From: Candidatus Zapsychrus exili
Lineage (GTDB): Bacteria; Omnitrophota; Gorgyraeia; Zapsychrales; Zapsychraceae
Length of the DNA: 64,000 nucleotides
NCBI GenBank assembly: GCA_030765585.1
Contig: JAVCCJ010000075.1
Location: 37,482 to 101,481 of the forward strand
Direction: 5' to 3'
The position numbers were made by a program, and so were the translations under genes. Below the pieces are notes generated by a model. It had not been told where the DNA came from and ran no database searches. It saw only the letters and a program-made list of their open reading frames with translations. Positions within the stretch are counted from its first letter, which is position 1, and every line of letters starts with the position of its first letter. Below are positions 40,230-49,389 of this stretch, piece by piece.

Positions 40230-41139
40230 AAAAAGTTTTAAATGTGGAGTGGTATCAATTGTAGGAAGACCGAATACGGGCAAGTCTACGCTTTTAAATA
40301 AAATTGTAGATGAAAAAATAGCTATTGTATCTAAGATTCCACAGACGACTAGGAATCAAATAAGAGGTATATATAATGATGAACGAGGTCAAATTATATT
40401 TATTGATACTCCTGGTTTTCATTATGCAAGAGATAATTTTGATAAGCTTATGAACCAATCTTCATCTGTTGCTATGCAAGATATGGATTGTATAATTTAT
40501 TTGGTTGATGCGAATAAAAGAATAGGAGAGGAAGAGGAGATTGTCGCAAGCAAGTTAAAGGGAGTAAAATGTCCTTTAGTTTTGGGTCTTAATAAAGTTG
40601 ATCTAAAAGGTGGCAAGATACCAGAATATATTGCTTTTTGGGAAAGAATTAAGGGGAAACCAATTAACGAAATAGATGATTTTACGCTTCTTCCTATTGC
40701 AGGAGAAAGAGGCACTAATATAGAAAAACTTATAGATATTCTTTTTTCTTATTTGCCAGAAGGTCCAGCGCTTTATCCAACTGATATTATAAGCGATGTG
40801 CCAAAGAAGATGGTTATTTCTGATATTATAAGAGAAAAATTCCTTAGAATATTAAGACAGGAGATTCCTCACTCTTTAGGTGTTTTTATAGAGCATATGC
40901 AACCAAGAAGAGGAAAGGTTTTGCATATAAAAGTGGTAGTTTTTATAGAGAAAATGAGTCAAAAAGAAATAGTAATAGGTAGGAATGGAAAAGTTTTAAA
41001 ACAAGTTGGTACGCAGGCCAGAGCTGAGCTAGAAGAATTGCTTGAATCAAAGGTTTTTTTAGATCTTCATGTGAAGGTTCAAAAGAATTGGAGAGATAAG
41101 CTTTCTTTCTTGCAAGAAGTTGGATACGAGACTAGATAA
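40213..41139 (+). CDS. era: GTPase Era
   Basis: G1 GRPNTGKST, G3 DTPG, G4 NKVD and a C-terminal KH domain. Confidence 0.9.
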   Translation: MVMENKKSFKCGVVSIVGRPNTGKSTLLNKIVDEKIAIVSKIPQTTRNQIRGIYNDERGQIIFIDTPGFHYARDNFDKLMNQSSSVAMQDMDCIIYLVDANKRIGEEEEIVASKLKGVKCPLVLGLNKVDLKGGKIPEYIAFWERIKGKPINEIDDFTLLPIAGERGTNIEKLIDILFSYLPEGPALYPTDIISDVPKKMVISDIIREKFLRILRQEIPHSLGVFIEHMQPRRGKVLHIKVVVFIEKMSQKEIVIGRNGKVLKQVGTQARAELEELLESKVFLDLHVKVQKNWRDKLSFLQEVGYETR

Positions 41140-41227
41140 TAGCCCACCTTAATTTTACCTTGCCTTTTTAATATAATTTAGTTTATACTATTTGAAATAA
41201 TTAATATTAATATTATAAATATTAAGT

Positions 41228-41896
41228 ATGAAAAGAAAAGTTGCTTCTGTTAAGCAAATACAGAATTTAGATAAAAGAGCTATAAAAGATTTTGGTGTTG
41301 CGTCTATTGTTCTTATGGAAAATGCAGGAAGAGCTGCTGCGCATGAAATTGCTAGTATTTTAAAGAACAAAAGGAGTCCAAAAGTAGCTATAGTTTGTGG
41401 ATTTGGTAATAATGCAGGAGATGGTTTTGTAATAGCAAGGCATTTAATAAACAGGAAAGTTGATGTAGGTATATTTTTAGTTGGTAGCGCAAAGGCTTTA
41501 AAACAAGATGCTTTGGTTAATTATAAGATATTAAAGAAGTGTAAATATAATATTGTTGAATGTGTAAGCAAAGAAGTTCTTGAAAAAGTAGTTACAAAAT
41601 TTGATTTGATTGTTGATGCTATCTTTGGTGTTGGTTTAAGTCGAGAGGTTAAAGATCCTTTTAAAGGAATAATCGAGATTTTAAACAAAACAAACAAAAA
41701 GATTGTATCTGTAGATGTTCCTTCTGGTTTAGACGGAACAACCGGAAACATATATGGTTGTTGTATTAAGGCTAGCAAAACAGTTACTTTTAGCTTTGCA
41801 AAACAAGGGTTTTATAAGAATTGTGGTCCAAAATATGTTGGCAAGACAGTAGTGGTAGATATCGGAATACCCAAGGAACTGATGGATGAGGTTTAG
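41228..41896 (+). CDS. nnrE: NAD(P)H-hydrate epimerase (YjeF N-terminal domain)
   Basis: YjeF_N motifs (VLMENAGRAAA, CGFGNNAGDGFVIARHL). About 222 aa with no C-terminal dehydratase domain. Confidence 0.75.
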   Translation: MKRKVASVKQIQNLDKRAIKDFGVASIVLMENAGRAAAHEIASILKNKRSPKVAIVCGFGNNAGDGFVIARHLINRKVDVGIFLVGSAKALKQDALVNYKILKKCKYNIVECVSKEVLEKVVTKFDLIVDAIFGVGLSREVKDPFKGIIEILNKTNKKIVSVDVPSGLDGTTGNIYGCCIKASKTVTFSFAKQGFYKNCGPKYVGKTVVVDIGIPKELMDEV

Positions 41897-41965
41897 GGTT
41901 CAAGGTTACAGGTTTAAATAAAAATTTATTCTTATGCCTTATAACTTAAGCCTGAGATCTTTAAA

Positions 41966-42625
41966 ATGATATCAAATAAAAACATCTCACAGGTCATTAA
42001 GCTTCTAAAGCGTGAAGTTAAAGAATTGCCAGATCCTTCGGTAACATTGGTTGGTAAAAAGTGGAAAGATCCATTTAAAGTCCTGATATCTTGTATTTTA
42101 AGTTTAAGAACTAAAGATGAAACAACATTACCTGCATCAATTCGTTTATTTAAAATTGCTGGTAATGTCAAAGACATGCTTAAGTTGAGTCAAAGTAAGA
42201 TTGAGAAGACTATATTTCCAGTAGGTTTTTATAAAACGAAAGCTAAGAATATTCTAGGGATAGCTAAGCGTTTGATAGATGAGTTTGAATGTAAGGTTCC
42301 TGATGACTTAGATGTTTTATTGACTTTCAAAGGAGTAGGCAGAAAGACAGCGAATCTTGTTTTAACAGAAGGTTTTGGAAAATTAGGCATTTGTGTTGAT
42401 ACACATGTTCATAGAATATCTAATAGATTTGGGTATGTTAAAACAAAAACGCCAGAAAAAACAGAAGGTGTTTTAAGAAATTGCTTACCAAAGAAACATT
42501 GGATTGGATATAATGCGCTTTTAGTTCTTTGGGGTCAGAATGTTTGTAGGCCAGTGTCACCAATATGTTCTAAATGTACGCTTAGTAAAATGTGTTTTAA
42601 AGCAGGAGTAGATGTTTCAAGATAA
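41966..42625 (+). CDS. nth: endonuclease III (HhH-GPD DNA glycosylase with 4Fe-4S cluster)
   Basis: HhH-GPD motif (LTFKGVGRKTANLVL), catalytic Lys/Asp region and C-terminal Cx6Cx2Cx5C (CRPVSPICSKCTLSKMC). Confidence 0.85.
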   Translation: MISNKNISQVIKLLKREVKELPDPSVTLVGKKWKDPFKVLISCILSLRTKDETTLPASIRLFKIAGNVKDMLKLSQSKIEKTIFPVGFYKTKAKNILGIAKRLIDEFECKVPDDLDVLLTFKGVGRKTANLVLTEGFGKLGICVDTHVHRISNRFGYVKTKTPEKTEGVLRNCLPKKHWIGYNALLVLWGQNVCRPVSPICSKCTLSKMCFKAGVDVSR

Positions 42626-42642
42626 AAACAGAAGAGGTTAAG

Positions 42643-43929
42643 ATGAGATTGTTTATATATTTATCAGAAATATTAGGTCGAACTGTTCAGGATTCTCAAG
42701 GGAAAACCTTAGGGAAACTTTGCGATGTTTCTATGTTCTTAACCGAAGAGGTGTTTCCTCGCGCAGAAGGACTTGTTGTCAAAAGAGGAATCCTGGCGGG
42801 TAAGCATGCTTTTATTCATATAGACAATATAAAAAGTCTTGGCAAGATAATAAGTTTAAAAGTTGGCGAAGAAAACGTAAGGTTTCAAAGTGATCCGATT
42901 AAGCCAGAATTTTCTCTTTGTCGCGATGTTTTGGATCAACAAGTAGTTGATACTGATGATCAAAAGGTAGTTCGTGTAAATGATGTGCATTTGTTAAATG
43001 TAGATAATCAGCTTTACTTGGGCCATGTAGATGTGGGCTTACGCGGAATAGTTCGCCGTCTAGGTTGGACAAGTTTCGTAGATTCTGTTGTTAAATTTTT
43101 TTCTTTAAACTCTCCATATTTAAAAGAAGAAGAATTAATTTCTTGGAAAAATTCACAAGTACTTACTATTGGTCGCTTAAGGAATGTACTTCGTTCGGAT
43201 GTGGCGCGTCAAAAGCTTTCTAAAATACCTGCAACAGAGTTGGCCGATATTATGGAGGATTTAGATATCTTTGAGAGAGCATCTTTGTTTAAGACTTTTA
43301 GTACTGATCTTCAAAGAAAAGTATTTGCTGATATGGCAAATCATGAAAAAGAAGAGCTTATTGATCAGCTTACCGATCGCGAAGCAGGCAACTTGCTTGA
43401 AAATATACCCGCCGATGAAGCTACAGACCTTTTAAATAATCTTCCAAAAGATAAAGTAAGACATTTGATGCGTTTTATACATTCTGAAACATCAAAACAG
43501 CTTCGCAAATTGTTAGGGTATAAACAGGATACCGCTGGTGGTTTAATGACAACAGAATATTTATGTTTAAAACAAGATGCTCTTGTTCGTGACGCTATGC
43601 AATTGATTAAGGATAATACTGAATATCCAGGAAATATATTCTTTATTTATATAGTAGACGATCAAAATCGTCTTGTAGGAACAACATCTTTAAGGCGTTT
43701 TATTAATGTTGATGAAAACACTCCTGTAGTTGAAACGCGTTATCTGAGCGAAACATTTGTTAGAACAGATGATGAGATGGAAGAGGTAGCTCTTTTGTTA
43801 GAGAAATACAAGTTTTCATCTATTCCTGTTTTAAATGAAGAGGATGTAATTGAAGGGGTTATTACAAGTGATGACGTTATGGAAGAATTAATTTCATTAA
43901 CTTGGAAGAAATATAAAGATCAGTTATGA
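42643..43929 (+). CDS. soluble PRC-barrel-like + MgtE N-terminal domain + tandem CBS protein (MgtE cytoplasmic module without a membrane domain)
   Basis: Acidic helical MgtE_N-like region (TELADIMEDLDIFERASLFKTF...EELIDQLTDREAGNLLENIPADEATDLLNNLPKDKVRHL), then a CBS pair (TTEYLCLKQDALVRDAMQLIKDNT...; VALLLEKYKFSSIPVLNEEDVIEGVITSDDVME). No TM segments. The stop overlaps the next gene's start. Confidence 0.6.
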   Translation: MRLFIYLSEILGRTVQDSQGKTLGKLCDVSMFLTEEVFPRAEGLVVKRGILAGKHAFIHIDNIKSLGKIISLKVGEENVRFQSDPIKPEFSLCRDVLDQQVVDTDDQKVVRVNDVHLLNVDNQLYLGHVDVGLRGIVRRLGWTSFVDSVVKFFSLNSPYLKEEELISWKNSQVLTIGRLRNVLRSDVARQKLSKIPATELADIMEDLDIFERASLFKTFSTDLQRKVFADMANHEKEELIDQLTDREAGNLLENIPADEATDLLNNLPKDKVRHLMRFIHSETSKQLRKLLGYKQDTAGGLMTTEYLCLKQDALVRDAMQLIKDNTEYPGNIFFIYIVDDQNRLVGTTSLRRFINVDENTPVVETRYLSETFVRTDDEMEEVALLLEKYKFSSIPVLNEEDVIEGVITSDDVMEELISLTWKKYKDQL

Positions 43930-45182
43930 AAAAACTTTTTGAAAAAATTAGAAATTCAGCTCCAGTTAGAAATTTTTTATTGTTTTTAGCTGTTATGGGT
44001 CCAGGTATTATTACTGCAAATGTAGATAACGATGCTGGTGGCATAGCTACGTATTCTCTTGCTGGTGCACATTTCGGATATATGCTTCTATGGTCGTTGA
44101 TACCGATTACGCTAGCGCTTATTGTTGTGCAGGAGATGTGCGCTCGTATGGCTGTTGCAACAGGTAAAGGATTAGCTGATCTTATAAGAGAGAATTATGG
44201 AGTTAAGGTAACATTTTATTTGATGTTTGCTTTGTTTTTTGTAAATCTTACAAATGTTATGGCCGAATTTGCTGGTATTGCGGTCAGTCTTGAGATATTT
44301 CATATTAGCAAATTCTTTTCAGTTCCTTTGTCGGCATTTTTTGTTTGGGTAATTGTAGTAAAAGGCACGTATAAGTCAGTTGAAAAGATTTTCTTGTTCG
44401 CTTGTCTTTTTTATGTTGCGTATATTATATCTGGTTTTATTGCTAAGCCAGACTGGTATGAAGTATTTCAACAAACACTTTCTCCGAAGATAAATTGGAA
44501 CATTGGATATGTTGTTATGTTAGTTGGTGTAATTGGAACTACAATCGCTCCATGGATGCAGTTTTATTTGCAATCATCAATTGTTGAAAAAGGTATTACT
44601 CCAGAAGAGTATAAACATTTACGGCTAGATGTTGTAGGCGGTTGTGTTATTGCTCCTGTTGTAGCTTTTTTTATTGTTGTAGCTTGTGCAGCAACATTAT
44701 TTAAAGCAGGTGTTACTATTGAATCAGCACAAGACGCTGCAATAGCGTTGAAACCTTTGGCAGGAAGGTATGCATCTTGGTTATTTGCTTTCGGACTATT
44801 TAATGCTTCTATATTTGCAGCTTCTATTTTACCGCTTTCTACGTCGTACAGTATTTGTGAGGGTATGGGATGGGATGCTGGAGTGGACAAAAGGTTTGAG
44901 GAGGCGCCGCAATTCTTTTGGCTATATGCAACTATGATAGTAATTGGAGCAGGAGCAGTTCTTATTCCAAGATTTCCGCTATTAGGTATAATGTATTTTT
45001 CTCAGGTAGGAAATGGAATTCTTCTTCCATTTATTTTGATTTTTATGCTTTCGCTTATTAACAATAAAGACATAATGGGTGAGTTTACTAATAACAAAAT
45101 TCTTAATATTATAACTTGGGCAACAGTTGTTATAATTATAGGTTTAACACTAGTAATGGTTGTTTTTACTTTTATACATTAA
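43926..45182 (+). CDS. NRAMP/SLC11-family transporter with non-canonical metal-site motifs (DAGG instead of DPGN; APW instead of MPH); NRMT-like putative Mg2+ transporter
   Basis: 11-12 TM helices. TM1 MGPGIITANVDNDAGGIATYSLAGAHFGY aligns with the MntH motif ...[20 protein letters not shown]. TM6 TIAPWMQFYLQSS aligns with ATIMPHVIYLHS. Confidence 0.65.
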   Translation: MKKLFEKIRNSAPVRNFLLFLAVMGPGIITANVDNDAGGIATYSLAGAHFGYMLLWSLIPITLALIVVQEMCARMAVATGKGLADLIRENYGVKVTFYLMFALFFVNLTNVMAEFAGIAVSLEIFHISKFFSVPLSAFFVWVIVVKGTYKSVEKIFLFACLFYVAYIISGFIAKPDWYEVFQQTLSPKINWNIGYVVMLVGVIGTTIAPWMQFYLQSSIVEKGITPEEYKHLRLDVVGGCVIAPVVAFFIVVACAATLFKAGVTIESAQDAAIALKPLAGRYASWLFAFGLFNASIFAASILPLSTSYSICEGMGWDAGVDKRFEEAPQFFWLYATMIVIGAGAVLIPRFPLLGIMYFSQVGNGILLPFILIFMLSLINNKDIMGEFTNNKILNIITWATVVIIIGLTLVMVVFTFIH

Positions 45183-45185
45183 GAT

Positions 45186-46196
45186 ATGGGAAAAATTGTT
45201 GGTCTAACATATGACATAAAGTCAGATTGGATTATTGATTCGTCTGATACTTACGATGCTAACGCAGAGTTTGATAAGCCTAAGACTGTTGATAAGGTTG
45301 TAAAGGCTTTAGAATCTGGTGGGCATATCGTTAGACGAATAGGTAATGTGCATAGCCTTCTTAAACAAATAGATGAGCTAGATGTAGATATTGTTTTTAA
45401 TATTTGTGAAGGCATAAGCACAAGAAATAGAGAATCTCAAGTTCCTATTTTGCTTGAGACTAAAGGTATTCCTTATGTCGGATCTGATGGGCTTACTTTA
45501 GGAATAACTCTAGACAAAGTTATTGCTAAAAGATTGTTTTTAGCAGAGAATATCCCAACCCCACGATATTTTGAAGTTTCATCTACTAATAATTTAATAG
45601 ATTTAAATATAGTCGATTTTCCTCTAATCGTCAAAACTCGCCATGAAGGTTCTTCTAAGGGCATTTCACAGAATTCGCGCGTTGTAGATTATCAAGGTTT
45701 AGAGAGGCAAGTCAATCTGATAAATAATGTTTATAATCAGCCTGCGCTTGTTGAAGAGTTTATAAGGGGCACAGAATTTACTGTAGCTGTCTTGGGAAAT
45801 GATAGCCCAGAGGCTATGCCAGTTGTCCAGGTTAGCGTCGATGGCAATACAAATTTAGGGGACCAGTTTTATACTTTTGATAGAATTTCTTCAGATACAT
45901 TACAGTATGTCTGTCCTGCAAAAATAAGTGATGAATTAAAAGAGAACATACAAGACTTGGCTGTTAAGGCTTATAGTTGTGTAGGTTGCCGAGATTTTGG
46001 AAGAGTAGATTTTAGAGTAGATGAAAAAGGCAATCCGTATGTTTTAGAAATCAATCCATTGCCATCATTGGATGAGGAAGATGTTTTTAATTTGTTCCCT
46101 AATGTTTTAGGTTCAGATTATGATAAGACAATAAATAAGATATTAGATTTAGCTTTAGAGAGGTATGGTTTATTAGAATCCGTAGAGGTAAATTAA
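45186..46196 (+). CDS. D-alanine--D-alanine ligase-family ATP-grasp enzyme
   Basis: Ddl-like N-domain and ATP-grasp motifs (PLIVKTRHEGSSKGIS; EEFIRGTEFTVAVLG; DFGRVDFRVDEKGNPYVLEINPLPSL). Confidence 0.7.
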   Translation: MGKIVGLTYDIKSDWIIDSSDTYDANAEFDKPKTVDKVVKALESGGHIVRRIGNVHSLLKQIDELDVDIVFNICEGISTRNRESQVPILLETKGIPYVGSDGLTLGITLDKVIAKRLFLAENIPTPRYFEVSSTNNLIDLNIVDFPLIVKTRHEGSSKGISQNSRVVDYQGLERQVNLINNVYNQPALVEEFIRGTEFTVAVLGNDSPEAMPVVQVSVDGNTNLGDQFYTFDRISSDTLQYVCPAKISDELKENIQDLAVKAYSCVGCRDFGRVDFRVDEKGNPYVLEINPLPSLDEEDVFNLFPNVLGSDYDKTINKILDLALERYGLLESVEVN

Positions 46197-46197
46197 A

Positions 46198-47349
46198 ATG
46201 AAATCTTTAGATGTGAACAATCAAAAGAAATTAACATTGGAAGAAAATCGTGTTATCAATTTTTTCGATGATGCGAAAGTGTTGGATTGGGAAGACTGGA
46301 GATGGCAGGTAAAACATACGATTCGGACTAAAGATATTTTAGGGAAATTAATTGATTTAACAGAAGAGGAAAGACTTGGAATAGAAGGTTGCGGCAAGAA
46401 ACTTTCTATGGCAATTACTCCCTATTTTGCTAGTTTGATTGACCCTAATAATTCGAATTGTCCAATCCGCCTTCAAAGTGTTCCGCAGAAATATGAATTA
46501 GATTTTTCAAAAGAAGAAATGATTGATCCCCTAGAAGAGGAGAAATACTCTCCGGTGCCAGGTCTTATACACAGATATCCCGATAGAGCGTTATTTCTTG
46601 TAAGTGAAATGTGCGCTGTGTATTGCAGACATTGTACGCGTTCTCGTGTTGTAGGAAAGCGTACAAGAAAATTTAATAAAAAAACATGTGAAGCAGCGTT
46701 TGATTATATACGATTTAATAAAAAGATACGTGATGTTTTGATTTCTGGCGGAGATCCGTTTATGTTAGAAGATTCTGATCTAGAGTATGTTATTCAAAGT
46801 TTAAGGTCTATAGAACATGTTGAATTTATAAGATTAGGAACGAGAGTTCCTGTGACTCTTCCTCAAAGAGTTACAGTCAATCTTGTAAATATGCTTAAGA
46901 AGCATGGGCCAATTTGGATTAGCATACATTTCAATCATTCTAAGGAAATTACAAAACGAGTAAAATTTGCTTGTGATTTGTTGTCAGATAATGGAATGCC
47001 TTTGGGCAGTCAAACAGTTTTACTCAAAGGAATTAATGACAAGCCATCTATAATGAAAGAGCTTATGCATGATCTTTTAAAGATAAGGGTTCGTCCTTAT
47101 TATATTTATCAATGTGATCCTGTTTTGGGATCTAAACATTTTCGTACGCCTGTTTCATGTGGTATGAATATAATTCAGAAACTTTATGGTTTTACAACGG
47201 GCTATGCGATACCAACATATGTTATCGATTGCCCTGGTGGTGGCGGTAAAGTCCCTATTGGGTTAGATTCCATTGTTGATAAAAAGGGCGGAACGTATAC
47301 TCTTCGCAATTACGCAGGAAAGTTTTTTACTTATCAGGATCCTGAATAA
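46198..47349 (+). CDS. lysine 2,3-aminomutase (KamA)-family radical SAM protein
   Basis: CxxxCxxC radical-SAM motif CAVYCRHCTRS. KamA-type blocks (PIRLQSVPQ, ISGGDPF, GLDSIVDKKGGTYTLRNYAG) and C-terminal zinc-cysteine region. Confidence 0.8.
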   Translation: MKSLDVNNQKKLTLEENRVINFFDDAKVLDWEDWRWQVKHTIRTKDILGKLIDLTEEERLGIEGCGKKLSMAITPYFASLIDPNNSNCPIRLQSVPQKYELDFSKEEMIDPLEEEKYSPVPGLIHRYPDRALFLVSEMCAVYCRHCTRSRVVGKRTRKFNKKTCEAAFDYIRFNKKIRDVLISGGDPFMLEDSDLEYVIQSLRSIEHVEFIRLGTRVPVTLPQRVTVNLVNMLKKHGPIWISIHFNHSKEITKRVKFACDLLSDNGMPLGSQTVLLKGINDKPSIMKELMHDLLKIRVRPYYIYQCDPVLGSKHFRTPVSCGMNIIQKLYGFTTGYAIPTYVIDCPGGGGKVPIGLDSIVDKKGGTYTLRNYAGKFFTYQDPE

Positions 47350-47557
47350 TTAGTAGTTATTTATATGTGTTAGACAGTGTTTTATCAAAATATTGACCAT
47401 AGTTTGCTCTTGTGGTAGTATTATGCCCTATATAAAATATAGTTTTACTTTTTAAAGAGTTGTAATATAATACGTATTCTATTTATTATTAATTTTATAT
47501 AAAATGTTTTTAAACAATATATTATTTAAAAATGCTCGCAAAAGGTGGTGATTTAGA

Positions 47558-47716
47558 GTGATTGAAGTAAAAGTTTCTGATCCGCATAATTTTGAAAAAG
47601 CTATGCGTATATTTAAAAAAGCATGTCAAAAAGATGGTTTTATGATGGAGTTGAAAGAAAGACGATATTATTGTAAGCCTTCTGAAAAAAAGAGACATAA
47701 AGGTAAGAAAAGATAA
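47558..47716 (+). CDS. rpsU: ribosomal protein bS21
   Basis: 52-aa GTG-start ORF absent from the ORF track: VIEVKVSDPHNFEKAMRIFKKACQKDGFMMELKERRYYCKPSEKKRHKGKKR. Matches the S21 pattern (I.V...E..E.AlrrFkr.c.k.g...e.rrr..yekpse.rk). SD AGGTGG 8 nt upstream. Confidence 0.75.
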   Translation: MIEVKVSDPHNFEKAMRIFKKACQKDGFMMELKERRYYCKPSEKKRHKGKKR

Positions 47717-47825
47717 ATATTGTATTAATTTGGCTTTGCGCCATGAGTTTGTTGTTTTGTGTCCTAATAGCTAGGCATAAACATAAAGCTTTGGCGTAAA
47801 GCCATTATTTATTTAAGGAATCATA

Positions 47826-49379
47826 ATGATTAAGGTTAAAAGAGCGCTTATAAGTGTTTCAGACAAGAAAGGCATATTGCCTTTTGCTAAAAGATTACAT
47901 TCTTTTGGAGTTGAAATACTTTCTACGGGCGGAACAGCTCGTCAATTAAGAGATGCTGGAATTCCAGTTATTGAAGTATCAGATTATACTGGATTCCCTG
48001 AGATGTTAGATGGAAGAGTAAAGACTCTTCATCCTAAAATTCATGGCGGACTCCTTGCGCTTAGGAACAAAAAAGAGCATATGGATCAAATAGCCGAGCA
48101 TAGTATTGGCCTGATAGATATGGCTGTTGTAAACCTTTATCCTTTTGAAAGTGTTATAAAAAAGAAAAAAGTATCAATGGAAGAAGCTATAGAAAATATT
48201 GATATTGGCGGGCCTTCAATGCTTCGTTCAGCTGCTAAAAATTATAAAAGTGTTGCGGTTGTATGTAATCCTGAAAAATATGGAGAGATTTTAAAAGAGC
48301 TTGATGTAAACAGCGGAATTCTTTCTGATTTCTTTTTATTCCGCCTTTCAGTTGAAGCATTTAAATGCACTGCGCGTTATGATCAGATTATATTTGGATT
48401 CTTAACAGAACGCTTATCAGGAGATTTAGCACCACTTCCAAAAACATTAGACCTTAATTTAACAAAAGCTTTTGATTTGCGATATGGAGAAAATCCACAC
48501 CAAAATGGCGCTCTTTATCGTCAAGGAGGTCAAGATTGTGGCCTTACTAACATTCGTCAATTACATGGCAAAGAGTTGTCTTTTAATAATTTTCTTGATT
48601 TAAGTGCAGCTGTTAATTTCATTAAAGATTTTGATAAGCCTACAGCAGTTATTATTAAACATAATAATCCTACTGGAATTGCTGAAGATACTACATTACT
48701 AAATGCGTTTAAGAATGCATTAAAATGCGACCCTATTTCTGCATTTGGTGGCATTATAGGATTTAATAAGGCAGTTGACGTAAAAACAGCAAAAGAAATT
48801 TTTAAGAGTGGATTTATGGAATGCGTTATTTCTCCTAAATTTAATAAAGATGCGTTAGAGGTTTTAAAGGTTAAGAAAAACTTACGATTAATAGAGTTTG
48901 ATTTTAATAAACAAGTTTCTGATAAGTTTGATTATAAGAAAGTTTGTGGTGGTTTTCTTGTTCAAGAAAAAGATAATAGGGCTCTTAACGCGAATGAGTT
49001 AAAGGTTGTAACTAAGAAGAAACCAACAAAAGCACAAATGGACTCGATGTTATTTGGTTGGAAAGTAATTAAAAATGTAAAATCTAATGCAATTGTTTTA
49101 GTAAAAGGTAAAAAAACCATAGGCATTGGTTGTGGACAAACAAGTCGTATTGAGAGTGTCAGAATATCAATAAAACAAGCTGGCAAAGAAGCAAAAGGAT
49201 CAGTTCTTATATCTGATGCATTTTTACCAAAGACAGATAATATAAAAGCAGCAGCAAAGGCTGGAATCAAAGCAATTATTCATCCTGGAGGTTCTATCGC
49301 AGACGCTGATGTTATAAAAGAAGCGGATAAAGTTAACATAGCAATGGTTGCAACAGGTGTACGCCACTTTAAACACTAA
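47826..49379 (+). CDS. purH: bifunctional AICAR transformylase / IMP cyclohydrolase
   Basis: MGS-like N-terminus (RALISVSDKKGI...STGGTA) and AICARFT domain. 517 aa. Confidence 0.9.
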   Translation: MIKVKRALISVSDKKGILPFAKRLHSFGVEILSTGGTARQLRDAGIPVIEVSDYTGFPEMLDGRVKTLHPKIHGGLLALRNKKEHMDQIAEHSIGLIDMAVVNLYPFESVIKKKKVSMEEAIENIDIGGPSMLRSAAKNYKSVAVVCNPEKYGEILKELDVNSGILSDFFLFRLSVEAFKCTARYDQIIFGFLTERLSGDLAPLPKTLDLNLTKAFDLRYGENPHQNGALYRQGGQDCGLTNIRQLHGKELSFNNFLDLSAAVNFIKDFDKPTAVIIKHNNPTGIAEDTTLLNAFKNALKCDPISAFGGIIGFNKAVDVKTAKEIFKSGFMECVISPKFNKDALEVLKVKKNLRLIEFDFNKQVSDKFDYKKVCGGFLVQEKDNRALNANELKVVTKKKPTKAQMDSMLFGWKVIKNVKSNAIVLVKGKKTIGIGCGQTSRIESVRISIKQAGKEAKGSVLISDAFLPKTDNIKAAAKAGIKAIIHPGGSIADADVIKEADKVNIAMVATGVRHFKH

Positions 49380-49389
49380 ATAGGGCGCA

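Noticed and set aside
47720-47825. ZTP (pfl) riboswitch upstream of purH
   Set aside because: purH is a classic ZTP-riboswitch target, but the leader lacks the conserved pfl sub-domain sequences as I recall them (GGGUCGUGAC...CCGGGCGG pseudoknot). Only a simple long stem is present.
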